Shown one piece after another: positions 40,290 to 52,855 of a stretch of 64,000 bases of DNA. Below the pieces are notes generated by a model that was given only the letters and a program-made list of their open reading frames with translations, did no database searches and was not told the origin of the DNA. The position numbers were made by a program, and so were the translations under genes. Origin of the DNA: Paraspadella gotoi (taxonomy: Eukaryota > Animalia > Chaetognatha); assembly GCA_051294375.1 (NCBI GenBank), contig JBJCIZ010000239.1, forward strand, positions 4,134,402 to 4,198,401, written 5' to 3'. The first letter of the stretch is position 1, and each line of letters starts with the position of its first letter.

Positions 40290-40685
40290 TTTAACATAAT
40301 TTTAAACATCAACATCGACTTCAACATCAATTTAAACAACATCGTCTTCAACATCATTTTGAACATCAAAATCAACTTCAGCATAATGTTTAACATCAAT
40401 ATCAACTTTAACATCTTTTTAAACATCAACATCAAGTTCAACATTATTTTAAACATCAAGAAAATTTTTAACATAATTTTAAACATCAAAATCAACTTCA
40501 AAGTAATTTTAAACTTCAATATCAACTTCAACATCTTTTTAAACACAACATCAATTTAAACGTAATTTTAAACATTAACATCGACTTCATTATCAATTTA
40601 AACAACAACGTCTACTTCAACTTGAACATCAAAATCAACTTCAACATCATTTTAAACATCAATATCAACTTCAACATCAACACCG
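40290..40685. repeat. About 30-bp degenerate minisatellite (aacatcaaaatcaacttcaacataatttta)
   Basis: Visible periodicity. Duplicate at 33020-33430 and a shorter version at 27975-28075. It explains the spurious MLKLILMFK ORF. Confidence 0.85.
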
Positions 40686-40822
40686 ACATTTCCGTCTTCG
40701 GTTTTGGAAGGAAATTGAACCGAACGAAAAAAAAAAATTTCACCAAAAAAAAAAAAAAAATATCCTATTCTTGGCGCCATAAACCATTCCTGTCTCTGTC
40801 TCTGTCTCTGTCTCTGTCTCTC

Positions 40823-40867
<45 letters not shown>

Positions 40868-40978
40868 GGGAGAGATTCCCCGTTTTGACTCTTCTTTTAT
40901 TTACGGCCTTCCCTTCCCTCTGGAAATTCTAATAGAGTTTCGTTTTTTCTGACAGAGAACGTCTCTCCTCTCTCTCTC

Positions 40979-41052
<74 letters not shown>

Positions 41053-41299
41053 CCGAGGAATCCAGAGGGAGGGGAAACACCGGAGTTATCGAGTTACAAT
41101 TTTTACCTTTTTCTACATTTTATTTACAGTAAACATTTATCGAACGAACATTTTGGCAAAATTCGAAATGATAAATTTGGCTTTTTTTTTCCTTTTGGAA
41201 TTCGGAGAGAAAAAAAAGTACTCGCGATTAACGAAATTAAATTAATGGACGATCGAATGAATTTTTATTTAAACAATATGAAAAAAGTATTGATTATAC

Positions 41300-41755
41300 C
41301 ATAAACGTACACGAGGAGCATGCAGCAGCCAGCTGCATCTCTCCCCCTGCAACTCTCTATCTTTGTCTCTCTCCTCCCTCGGCGGGAAGCCAGCGAAAAG
41401 CCAGCAAGAAGCCGAAGCCTGCCTCACCGGGACCAAACAAAGACCTCACCAAAACTCTATGACTGCAATAAAAGCCATGGGCCAATTGGAAGGAAGAAGA
41501 GGATTGGGGAGGTTGGCAAAAGGGCCAATGAGAAGAAGGCCCGGGACTTGGTGGGGTCAAGGGATCGGTTTCTGTAGTAGAAAGTAGAGGCTTGATTTGT
41601 TTCCCATTCATTCTAGTTTCTAGGCTCGGAAAGCAAAGAGCATTTGAACTTACCATTTTTATTCTTGCTGATCATTGACTTTGAAATAAACTCTCGTTTT
41701 GTGTTACATCGAATTCTTATATCTCACTGGAACTGGAACTTAGCTAAAACGTTCA
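41300..41755 (+). repeat. Putative 5' LTR of the Gypsy element
   Basis: Runs from the host junction (after gtattgattatac, 41287-41299) to ..GTTCA at 41755. Contains AATAAA at 41685-41690 and is followed by a PBS-like sequence. No canonical 5' TG is visible and the 3' LTR is not present to confirm it. Confidence 0.55.
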
Positions 41756-41757
41756 CG

Positions 41758-41775
41758 TGGTGACAGCAAAAGATT
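41758..41775 (+). promoter_or_regulatory. Putative primer-binding site (TGGTGACAGCAAAAGATT)
   Basis: TGG-initiated motif 2 nt after a CA that fits an LTR end. The priming tRNA is not identified (loosely Leu-type). Confidence 0.55.
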
Positions 41776-42018
41776 ACGAAAGAGCTCTTCGAAAATCGAA
41801 AATAAAAACTTTCAAAAAAAAAATAAATTCTTTTTGCGAACTTTTCGAAAATCGAAATCGCCCCACGTTGCCTGACACTCGCTACCACAAAAAAAAAAGA
41901 AACTTCGAAAGCGGAAACGCAACACAAAGAAATAACACGAGAACTCACCCGAATCAGCAAAATTGAGCCTACAAAGAAATCGAGATCTTTGTTAGACGTC
42001 GCAAAGAAAGTCGCGCAA

Positions 42019-44490
42019 ATGGCGTCAAAAGGCGAGAAAAAACACGGAGGGCAGTGGAATCCACCCCACCGCCCCGGCCGACACCCAAATTCACGCAAAG
42101 GATAAAGGAGGCGGAATGGTGGGGTGTTACTTGACCCAATCACGGGCCTGACCACACACGCGCCCGCCGTCATCGCAAGCTGGGCCACCGAAACAAACAA
42201 CGCCGACAACTGCGACGACATCGCAAACCGCATGGGCAACCTCACGATGGACGATCACGTGACCCACGACGCCGAAGGAGGAGCCATCGGCGGCGAAATA
42301 AACAGCGAAACGGCGGTAAAAACCGTCAACGGCCCCCAAAACCTGCACTACCTCACGCTGAGCGACAACTTGCGCAGAGTTGCAGAAGGAAAGAAAAGTG
42401 ACCACGGAAAAGGGATCAGTGAAATTCTGCGCCTCATTAACGAAAATAGAAAAATCTCTATCCAGGCGAACGAGGAAATGAAATTCCTCAGGATTACTGT
42501 GGCCCAATTAACCAACGTCGTAAACACCATGAGCAGGGATAGCGCCCGTGCCCGAGCAGACATCGCCGACATCAAGGCGATGCTGCAGGAGGGAAACAGC
42601 ACCGTGAGGCAAACGGTGCGCTGGGGATAGCCGAAGAGCCGAACGCGACCCGAGCAGGGAAACGGTAAGAGACCGGAGGCGAGACTCAACCAGGAGCGCC
42701 GCGGCGATAATTGCTGAGCCGACAGGCGCCCGAACAAACGCCGTCAAAATCGAACGACGCCGCGACGACGAAAAGCCAACGGAATTCTTAAGGGGAATAT
42801 ACCAGTCCCTCCGCGGATGCGATATGGATATCCGCACCATCGACGAGCAGCTGAAGGCCTTATTCACCAGGGACTATGAGGCCAGCTGCTTCATTGACCC
42901 CGTCGACGGCAGTCTCTACAAGGGACTATGTGACGTCTTCGAGTCGACCTCGATCAGTGCTTCAGAGATCGCGGACCAGATCGAGGTGAAGGTGGACCCG
43001 GAAATACACTCCGAGTATGGATTAGGGCTGGTCAACGCCATATACCGAAAGTTCGACATCGTCGCCCAGAGACCGAGGCGCAGTGCCGCGCCACACAGCT
43101 CGTCTGCTTACGAAGGCATTAAGCCCATATGCACCGGGAATCGCCCGGGAAGTTATGGAATTTAGGAACTGCATCGAAACCGGCAAAAGAAAGGAGCTAG
43201 GAAGGAAAGTCGAGTGGATCCTCCGCGGATGGCTGGAAACGCACGGACAACAAGCGACCGGCCGACGATTCATTAACTCCGTCAAGGATAATGATCGTCA
43301 AATCCTCACGGACTCCCTCCTACAAAAAAGGCCTCACAGAGAAGAACCCAACAGAGAGTGCAAACGCCCTCTACCAAGGAACTATGCTCCAAGAGGCCAA
43401 CAACTCCAGGGAACTACTAGAAAAGCTGACGAAGATGATCAAGGATAACGAGAAGAGGGACGACAAAAGAGACGACCGGAAATGGCGCGACAAGCACCCG
43501 CGAGATTACCGCAGCAGAAACGAAGGCCGCGAACGCCGCGAGGGAAGAGACGAAGGCCGTTGGCAAGACAGAGGCTACCGCGGGAAACCAAAGTTCAACA
43601 AATTTGACACAAGACGTAGAGATTTTGTCAATCGTTGATAATGACGACGAAAACGTTTGCAGTGATGAAATTAAAATTTCTTGAAAAGTACAAAGGTGAT
43701 TTCGTAAAGACGAGAAAAACAGATAGAGGCACCTCTAAAGAGAGAAAGAAGGCGGCAGAGCTAGCACAAACGGCCGCTAAGCACATCCAGCTGATGGCAA
43801 CGGAGTCCACGCCAGTAAAAAACATAGGTTTCCTCAAAGATTGTGCGAAAGCAGCGTTAAAGTTCACAGGGAAGACGGCAGCAGTCCGCCTGCATAGACT
43901 TTTCAGCCCATTAGCCGAAAACGAAAAAAAATGCCTAGCCCTGGCCATTGTAAAGGAAAGCCTTGAGCCATGGAAAGAATGGGCCTTAGCCGAAAAGAAA
44001 GCTTTCGTAAAAAGACTAAAGATTTGCAAAAAATTATGCAAAAAGGGCGAGATGAGCAAAAAGGCAAACACTGCCGAAGATCATATAAAACAAAAGTCAA
44101 CGCCAGAACCCAATGAACAAGACAACGACAACCGTGAAGGACAAGTTCTCCCATTAGCGAGGCCACAGACGCCAACAACAAAACAAAAGGCAAAGCCACG
44201 AGCAAACAGACTAAGGTCAAGCCTCACCCAAAACACCTCGAAGTATCGAAAGATGATATACAACCCGACCTACTCCATTGTCGGCAACGCTGGAGGCGAA
44301 TCAATGCATCAAGCGACAGTAAGGAAGGCCGAGGTAAAATGTCATGAACCAGAAATCTTTGTACCTGAGACTGTAACGCCAGAGGACAAAAGAGGCGAAA
44401 TGGAACCGCCGCCATTACCAAAGACGGCGCCCTCGGCACGACAATTCTGTCTTGAAGACAAACCACAGCCGAGAGACGACACGAAGAGGA
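42019..44490 (+). CDS. Gag-like region of the Gypsy element (broken into several ORFs by indels)
   Basis: ATG at 42019, then overlapping ORF pieces 42124-42630, 42824-43165, 43083-43448, 43291-43638 and 43635-44495. Includes a coiled-coil-like segment (EEMKFLRITVAQLTNVV..ADIADIKAML) and an Arg/Asp-rich segment. Assigned by position upstream of the protease; no CCHC knuckle seen. Confidence 0.6.
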
Positions 44491-44790
44491 AATAAATTTC
44501 AATAGCAACAGCTATATCCCCGCAGTAGTCGGCGGAGCCCCGGCGAGTTGCCTCTATGACACAGGCGCGTCCATTAACACCATCCCCCGCAAATTCGTCG
44601 ATGAATGGTCGATGGCGAGCAAAATTTATTCAGGACCACCGTTACGCGTAGCCACTGGAAACGGCGCCGTAACAATTCGCGACCGCATAAACCTGAGGGT
44701 AATGTTCCAAAACTGGATCCTCGACACCACTTTTTTCATATCGCCAGACGAGGAAGACAAGGACATCATTATCGGAACAGCCAACGACTG
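44491..44790 (+). CDS. Retropepsin aspartic protease of pol
   Basis: My own translation of a frame absent from the ORF track: YIPAVVGGAPASCLYDTGASINTIP..LRVATGNGAV..DIIIGT. The DTG codons are at 44558-44566. Confidence 0.85.
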
Positions 44791-45419
44791 ACCCAGGCCC
44801 AGCGAAGGAAATGTGGGTAATAACGCCGGCTGAAAAACAAGGCCTTCAGATGGCGCACATGGAGGAAAGCCAATCACTCACTTATTTAAAGACAAACAAT
44901 CAGCACTGAAGGCAGCGAGATGGCTAGCGAGACAATGCGTCGATGAGAAAAACAATCATCCCGCTCTACGCCGAAAGAAGCGAAAACAACAAAACGTTAG
45001 TAAGAGCGGCGAAAGTATATTGGAAATCATTAGCAGAGGCGAAATGGATGCTACAATCAGCGGACGGAGAAACAGCCTGCACAATCGCCGGAGAACACCT
45101 AAAAGAAGGCGTCGAATTACCAGGCGAAACCAGGCGAATGGGGACAGGCGAGACTGATCGTAACAGAAGAAGCAAAAATGGATCTAAACCTAGACCAGAA
45201 TGCACCGCCCGCCCAGTTCAAGCAGACCTAAGCGGAGACAGACCCAAGCTGAGACGAGTAAGAAAAGAAAACATCCACCAACAAAAATAATAAAGCACAC
45301 GCCTACAAACTCTGAAATCAGAGCCGCCGAGGAGGCCAGAAATAGGCGAAAACAAAAGCACGATGATAGAGGAAAGGAAGAATTCCTACGCCCTTTTAAA
45401 GAAATAGATCCAAAGCTCA

Positions 45420-46490
45420 TCGACAAAGCCCCCATAGTATGGGAGACCGTTTTGGGAGTTCCGCGACGTTTTCGGTGAAACAATAACGACTGCAAAGAGG
45501 GCTTTCTAAACTACAAAGTGGATCTTGGTTTCACCACAGAGGGCCTACCAAAACCACGGTTCGTAAATCAGGGCCCGGTAAAAAAAAGCCGCCCTCAAAA
45601 GATACCTGGAGGTGTACGAAAAAGCCGGTGTCGTCTCCAGAACCTCCGGGGAAGCATACTCAAACGCTTTCCTCATAAAGAAACCCAACCACATCGCGAA
45701 GGACCAAGACCAAAATGGACGACGAAACCTTTGCAAAACAGTGGCGCCTCATTTGCGACTTGTCAGCGGTCAACGATAACATCTCGACGTTCGCAACGGA
45801 ACCACAAACGATTGCATCGATACTCGAGGAATATAAACCTCATGAGCTCCAATGCTCGGTCGATATCCTCGCTTGTTTTCACCAAGTAAATTTGTCAGAC
45901 GAATGTAAACCAGTCACCGCTTTCGCAGGCGCCGGACACAATTGGCAAATGAACAAGTTACCAATGGGAGGCGTAAATAGCGTGAACGTCCTCCAAGCCA
46001 TCCTTGATGAAATATTCGCTGACCTCGGCCGCGACGTAAAGAGTTTTCTCATCTACGTTGACGACCTAATCCTAACAGCGAGAACGCCAGAAGAAATGGC
46101 AGAGCGACTCAGAGAATTCCTTGAAATCTGCCGACGGGAAAACGTCGTCCTTAAATGGACAAAAAGCGTCCTGTTGCGAAAGATGACATCAAAATCCTGG
46201 ATTCAGTATATCGCAGGACAAGCTCAAGCCCCAGCGGGAAAAGCTGGAACAAGCGGAGCTAAAACTAAAAGAGGTAAAAACGCAAAAGGATTTGCGTGCA
46301 CTTCTGGCTTCACTAAACTACTACCGCTGTTTCACCCACCGCTTCTCGTACCTGGCACAGCCGCTTCATGCCCTAACCTTAGTTGACAAAAGCAATTTCA
46401 AGTTCGAAGAAAAACATCGCGCAGCATTAGAAACCCTGGTATCAGAGATAAAGAATACGCCAGGACTAAATTTCCTAAACGACGCGAAAA
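45420..46490 (+). CDS. Reverse transcriptase and connection region (Ty3/Gypsy), frameshifted
   Basis: Motifs WRLICDLSAVN, SVDILACFHQV, KPVTAF, KLPMGGVNS, IYVDDLIL (YVDD at 46054-46065), then LRALLASLNYYRCF..LAQPL. Confidence 0.93.
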
Positions 46491-46499
46491 TAAAAAATG

Positions 46500-46885
46500 G
46501 CGAATACAAATCTACGCAGACGCAAGCACCAGCGCCATGGGAGGCCTCATAACCGCGACAGCAAATGGGATAGAATATCCACTGTGCTTCCATTCGAAAT
46601 CATTCCCAGAGGAGTACAGGATCAAACACATAAACATCCTCGAAACCCTTGCCTTCAACATGATGACAAGAAAATTCAAAGGTTACACCTGCGGAAGGAG
46701 AGTCACATTAGTTACGGACTCACAGTATTTTAAAGAGTGATGGACCTGCAACATGACCGACAACAACTGCTGCCAACGAATGTCCTGAGATGGATCACTG
46801 AAATAAAGCAAGAATGTCACCCGAACGAAGTCATATTAGTGAAAAGTGAGGACAATCCTGCTGATTTCCTCACCAGATTCACTGA
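46500..46885 (+). CDS. RNase H domain (Ty3/Gypsy type), frameshifted
   Basis: Motifs IQIYADAS..MGGLI, YPLCFHSKSF, HINILETLA, LVTDSQ, LRWITEI, SEDNPADFLTR. Confidence 0.88.
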
Positions 46886-48094
46886 CCAAGGACAAATCAC
46901 CCCGCTTGATACCCCTTTCTTACCTGCGGGATTCGATGTTGACGGAGAATATGACCCGGGTTTCTGCGAAGACCCGATCAGCGGAGAGGCGTGGCCTGGA
47001 CACCTCGAACTACGAGTCGGAGGCGCACCAACCTTAAGCATCACCGCATCCGCAATGGACATAGACGAAAAAGGCGCTCAGAACAAGTTTCTTTTAAACA
47101 CATCAAATCGAAATTCAACGAAAAGATGGAAAACATCCGTAAACTCTACGGAACACCAAAAACAAAAGACGCAGACACTTACGTAAGAACAATCTCAGCA
47201 AAGGACTGGATTCTAGGCCACCCAGAATTGGAAATGCTAGCCGACATGACCGGACTCTGCATAAAAATACTCGACGAGGATTCCACGACACCAGCAGGAT
47301 GCAAATTCGAAAAGGTGTATGGAAAAAGGAACCAACGCGAGCTAAAAATATTTAGAACTACAACAGGACAGGCCTCGCTAATCAGCGATACACCAGCACT
47401 ACTACGAGTAATAAGGACGGCAACCGCGGATGAAAAAGAAAAGATAAAGAACATAACAAGGCAAACGATCAGCGACGGAATCACAGAGCTGCGTTTCGGA
47501 CCAGGCTCAGACAGACCGCTGAGAGATCGCTTGGCGCCACCCGCACAACGGAGGAAAACAAAAGACTTACCCCCAGACACAGATGTAATCCACTGCATCT
47601 TTGCGGCCGATCCAAATAAACCAAAAAAAGCTGGAGCACCACCCAAACCGACAAACTCGGAAGAGAGGCTAGCGACGCCGCCAAACTCGGATACGAAAGA
47701 ACCTGGAAGCGGCGCTGACGCGCAGCCATCAATGCCGCTGAAGCCAACGCCACCATCGTCACCGGAAACAATCCCATATGCGCAAAGATCGCCGGAGCCA
47801 CGATCAATGCCCAGCTCACCAAGATCGCCAGAAGTTACTCCAGAAGCCGCCGCTCCGGCTGCGCCGGAGGAAATCGTGACGACGCCAGGACAGCTCAACC
47901 GCCCACGGCCCCGAACCAGAACCCGGGCGCCGGCCCGAGCAGAGCCGCGCTCACCTCAGAGAGACGCAGACGCGCGATCAACGAAGATATAAGAAACAGA
48001 ACCGAAGTGACGCCAGACTCCGCCACGGAGGCGTCCATCGAAGTGGACGCCATCGACTTAGACGAGGAGGAGGCGCACCCACATCGACGAGATA

Positions 48095-48352
48095 AACGAC
48101 TACTCCCGTTGAAGGAACACGTAAAGAAATGGCAGAACGAAGACGAAGATGTCAAATCTGCAAAAATAATCTACGAAAACCACGGGTGTGAAGGGCTCCG
48201 TAGGCATCTAGCATCGACGCAGAGAAAAGCCCTCACCCAGACGCAAGCTTTCATCCTGAAAAACACCGACGACCTCCACATCACGAAAGACGGGATACTC
48301 TGCATCATCGGATTTAAAGACAACATCCGATCAACAAGATACGTTGTCCCAG
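48095..48352 (+). CDS. Pre-integrase (N-terminal) region of pol, truncated by the gap
   Basis: KWQNEDEDV..LHITKDGILC..RYVVP fits the Q..D / DG+L / R+VVP pattern that precedes the HHCC zinc finger in Gypsy integrases. Confidence 0.6.
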
Positions 48353-49070
48353 NNNNNNNNNNNNNNNNNNNNNNNNNGTATTGATTATACGATTGAACGA
48401 AAGAACGAACGAATGAAGTATAGATATTAGTGAATGTGAGTAACTTCTCTAACATGGTTGTCGCTCAAGGTTAACTTCAGCTTTAAATGAAAGAATGAAT
48501 GAATGAATGAATAACTGAATGAATGAAGCAATTAAGGAATGAATGAATGAATGAATGAATGAATGAATGAATTAATGAATTAATGAATGAATGAATGAAT
48601 GATTAAATAAATGAATGAATGAAGGAATCAATGAATGAATGTATAAATGATTGAATGAACGAATTAATCAATGAACGAATGAATGAATGCAGGACTGAAT
48701 GAATGAATGATTAAATAAATAAATGAATGAATGAAACGAATAAATGAAAAAATAAATAAACACGCCGGGCCATAAATTTCGATATTCCATTGGCATCACG
48801 ATCTAGCACCAAAATTAATAGTAATTAGATATCGATTTAACTAATTTAATTAAATTAAAAGAACTCAAAGTTGTTTATTAATATAATTACAAATATAAAT
48901 AAAAATATTTTCAATTAAAGTAAGAAAATCAATTAATTAGAAAATAATAAACCATGGTTAAAGATAATATTTGTGAATGGGTTAGAAATGAAATAATATT
49001 TTTCAAATTATATTACTATTTTCTGGTCGTTTTTTTTTCGCTACGGCGCTACTTATAACATGAAGATTAT

Positions 49071-49113
<43 letters not shown>

Positions 49114-49602
49114 AGGTTTTTACCAGTAATGGGAAATTGATGGTATGGTTATGGTCATACGCGGGGCTAAAAACACAGAGTGTCTCTTGCGGCCTCAAGG
49201 ATAAAAAAAAAAGAAAAAAAAAGAAAAAAAGAAAGATAAGAAAGAAGTCTTGAAAGTGTGAAAGGATAAAGAAAGAAAGAAAGAAAGAACAGAAAGAAAG
49301 AAAGAAAGAAAGAAATGAATGAATGAATGCATATAATCTTTGTTTGTACTTTGTAGTAGTCCTTCCAATTTCTAAATAAATTTAAATATAGAATTAGAAA
49401 AAAATGATTAAAAAAAGGTACAATGAGGACCCTGGAAAAAAAAATTTAATAAAAAAAGTCTTAGAATATTTTTTTTAAAAAAAGAAAAAAAAATAGAAAA
49501 GAAAATCCTTTGGTTAAGTGTCAAGTCGGTGGTCTGGAAGAATAAATGAAGAGGAAGAAAAAAGAGAGAAAAAAAAAAGAAAACTGGGAAGATGATGATG
49601 AC

Positions 49603-49637
<35 letters not shown>

Positions 49638-50729
49638 CACAGACGATGAAGACGACAACTAGGACGACGATGACTATGACGACGATAACAATGACGAGGA
49701 AGACGATAAGGAAGAAGAGGACGACGACGACAATGATGACAAATACGATGAAGACAATGACGACTTCGACTACGATGATGACGACAATGATGAAGACGTC
49801 GACGATGACAAAGACGATGAAGACTAGGCCGAGAAAAGCGGCAATGAAGACGATGACGAAGACAACGGCAAAGACGACAATGACGCAGACGACGACGACA
49901 AAGACGACAATGAAGACGCCAAAGACTAGAAGATAAAGGCAACGAGGAAATTATGTATGTATGTATGTAGGTATGTATGTATCGAATGTAGATTTGAAAG
50001 TCGATTCACGACCATCATACTTGTTTCAAATTTGAAAATCTTTCTCAAATTTTTACCTCATCTTCCATTTTTAATCATCGACTCAATTAGGAAAAGTCGT
50101 CAAACCGCTTGTTTAGTTGCGCCGCGAGTATTCAATAAGTCATACTTTGGTCTGTCGGTCTGTCCCACTTATCATTTCAATCAAGTTAATATTATCTTGT
50201 GAGAGTGATGGAGGCCTTAAACCACCAAAGCCTGTCCAAAGTCAGGGGCAAGATAGCTTATTTATTAAATGAATGGATAATTTTTATATTGGTTGTACCA
50301 ATTTCATTCAGTAGAAAGGTAACCGGTAACGTACTAGAAGACCGGTACCTAGTGGTCGTGAGCTGACGGCTTTACTCTATGAGCCACCTGGTCACGACTG
50401 AAGGCGGGGTGAACTTATGCAATGCCCGAATACAATCGCTTTGTTTACTTAGTGTTTATTTTTATATCTGTCTATCTGTCTGTCTGTCCGTCCGTCTTCC
50501 TTCATATCGAATTTACTTTGAAATTGAAAGCAATGCATATAATTGTTTATCAAGCAAACTGTAACAAGTTTTGTTCAAACATAAAAAAAACAACTACCAT
50601 AACTACAATAAAAAATCATAATGACCATAACCTGTATTATTACCAGAATTGAAACAACTACAACATAAAAAAAATATAAACTATGAATATTGTTGGTGAA
50701 TTATATTAAAATCCACCAACCGTTCATCA

Positions 50730-50910
50730 GCGGCCAATGGTGCCGGAGGCAAGATATTCGCATCCCAACCCAAAGGTCCGGAGTTCCAACCCGGTGGACG
50801 CCTTGCAGTTAAGAGGGACGGGGCGCTTAACTCGCCTGTAACACGTTGTTACAGCCTGATCCGAAGCTCAGTGACTGCTTATAATATTGAACTAACACAT
50901 AACAATAATT
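50730..50910 (+). mobile_element. tRNA-derived SINE-like element (degenerate tRNA head 50730-50801)
   Basis: GCGGCCA...TGGACGC acceptor-like stem, A-box-like TGGTGCCGGAGG, B-box/T-arm-like CCGGAGTTCCAACCCGG. The anticodon arm is poorly paired. Ends in an AT-rich tail. Confidence 0.45.
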
Positions 50911-52556
50911 ACTGTCTCTTCTTTAAATAGTTAATCATAACTTACCATCTGATTCGCTGCTTAACGCTAAATGCCCGCGTACAGATCCGGCGTTGGCCCA
51001 AAACTTGTTCTTATACAGAATAGAGCTCGAATTTTCCACGGCAATGCATTAAGTGCACAAGATTTTAGTTGCGATCGGTCTGTCTGTCTGTCTGTCCGTC
51101 GGTCGGTCCCACTTACGTTTGCTGGATGCTCATTTGGAATCGAACCTCAAATCTAAGGGATATATTTTGTTTTTCAAAGAAAAACCATAAACGATAAAAG
51201 ACGAACTTCCGATGAAATGCGTGAGGAAGATACACGCGCAGAAATTTTTGTTCTTCTTATTTGATAATGTAACTACAGAGTTATAACATGAAACCACTGC
51301 GTTTTATTACTTCTCTGGGAAGTTATATATACTACTACAAAAACCAAATATTACTCAAAATAAGTCGCATTAACTTTTTGATCATGTCACTGTCATTTTG
51401 CAATCGTCACATAACTTTGCACGTATGATATATATTATATATGCACAAAAATAATCACTGTTACATATTCTCTTTTCAAAGTAATTCAGAATTTGATTCC
51501 CTTTGTGGTTCATTTTTCTTAGAGCGTCCCATTTCTGTTTGTTTACCGCGCGATTGAATTTTAACCTTTAATATTTGTAGTCGCATATGACGCCTTTGCA
51601 TGATACCTAGCTTATAATTAAATTATAATCTAACCCTAATCCCATACCCTAACCTAATTCTAAAACCTTATCCCTAATTTCCAACTTAATCACTAACCTA
51701 ATCCCTAACCATAATCATTAACCTAATCCCTAATCTAATCCTATATTCCTTAACTTCAACCTAATCTTTAACTACCCCGTGTCCGTTCGCGAGTGAAACC
51801 AATGAAAATATTTACTATAACTTTAAATATTTTAATAAATATAATTTATAAGTATATCATTAGTTGAGAACTCACTGGACGTTTTTTATGTATAAGTTTC
51901 ATTTCGTGTTCAATTCATTTACTATTCTATCTTTAATTTTTTATCTAACACAGCAAAATTGGCGAAAAAAGACCATTTTAGACGTGTTCATAAGAAATCC
52001 CTATTAATGGTCTAATCAATGGCGTATCTGAATTATCGTAATTTTGAGTAATTTCTGAGTAATAATTTTTTTATTTATTTTTTTAATTATAAATCTTAAG
52101 TTTTCTTTATACAATTCGTCCAATTAGAAAAAATACTATCCTGAGCATATTCTTGACTGTCTTGAATAATTATTTTATATCGAAAGGATTCCCAGATAAT
52201 TCTTAATGTCATGGTGTAAATAAATTTTAATAATTTTAAATAACTCATGAGTAATCAATTTATAATGATTTTATTTTTTTTTAAATTCAGTTATTTCCTG
52301 AAGATAAAATTGGATAACAATTAAAGAAAGGTTGTTTTACCTAAGTAAATATCAAATTAATCTTATAAAATTGAAATATAATAAACGTCCAGTACTTTGC
52401 TGTAGAATGAGAAAAGAAAATTTAAATAATATTTATCCAATGAAAAATGGTACGCATTTTTTTGGTGTCACTCGCGAACGGACAGAGGGTAAAAAAAAAA
52501 AATTAACCTTATTTCAAATTAAAGATGAAATGGGGGCGTTCTAGGAAAATAGGGCC

Positions 52557-52855
52557 CTATTGGGCTCCTCCTTCGTCGTAAACTTGATGGGAATAATCAT
52601 TGCTGCTTTTTCCTTTTTGAGAACTCGGTCCACGGACGAAGCTTCCTTTCCTTCTCATAATTATAACGAGCAAGACGATCAGCGATATGAGAATGACGTT
52701 GGCCACCACGATGCCAATGAGCGTGACCCATTCGTTGATGGAGCAGTCGTTTGCTTTCTTTTCGAGCCCTGGGTCGGCAGAGTTGGGAGGGACCGTTGAT
52801 TCCCGATCGGCAGACTCCGTTGTTCTTTGCTCTGAGCCGATCGTCGGCGTCGTTC
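52557..52855 (-). CDS. Coding exon 2 of the Ig-superfamily protein: Ser/Thr stalk, transmembrane helix, short Tyr-containing tail
   Basis: A phase-1 acceptor (..CTCAAGCAG/GA) joins in frame to exon 1. Encodes GTTPTIGSEQRTTES.., TM WVTLIGIVVANVILISLIVLLVIIM followed by RRK, tail ..NDYSHQVYDEGGAQ and stop TAG at 52557-52559. The spliced product is about 621 aa. Confidence 0.85.

Larger units (their letters stand above)
41300..48352 (+). mobile_element. Ty3/Gypsy-class LTR retrotransposon, 3' part lost in a 25-N gap
   Basis: GC-richer block. Order is putative LTR, PBS, gag, aspartic protease, RT, RNase H, insert, start of integrase region. PR-RT-RH-IN order and the RT/RH motifs fit Ty3/Gypsy. 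Another copy of the locus is empty at 36275/36276. Confidence 0.9.

Noticed and set aside
47179-47898. Antisense 239-aa ORF in the Gypsy element (also antisense ORFs over the Ig exon)
   Set aside because: Shadow ORFs of GC-rich sense coding sequence with no independent motifs.
50730-50801. Functional tRNA gene
   Set aside because: The anticodon and D arms do not pair properly and the T-loop is non-canonical; treated as a SINE head.
51625-51775. Telomere or interstitial telomeric array (also 57810-58140 and 63850-64000)
   Set aside because: Highly degenerate TTAGGG-like low-complexity tracts without perfect tandem units.
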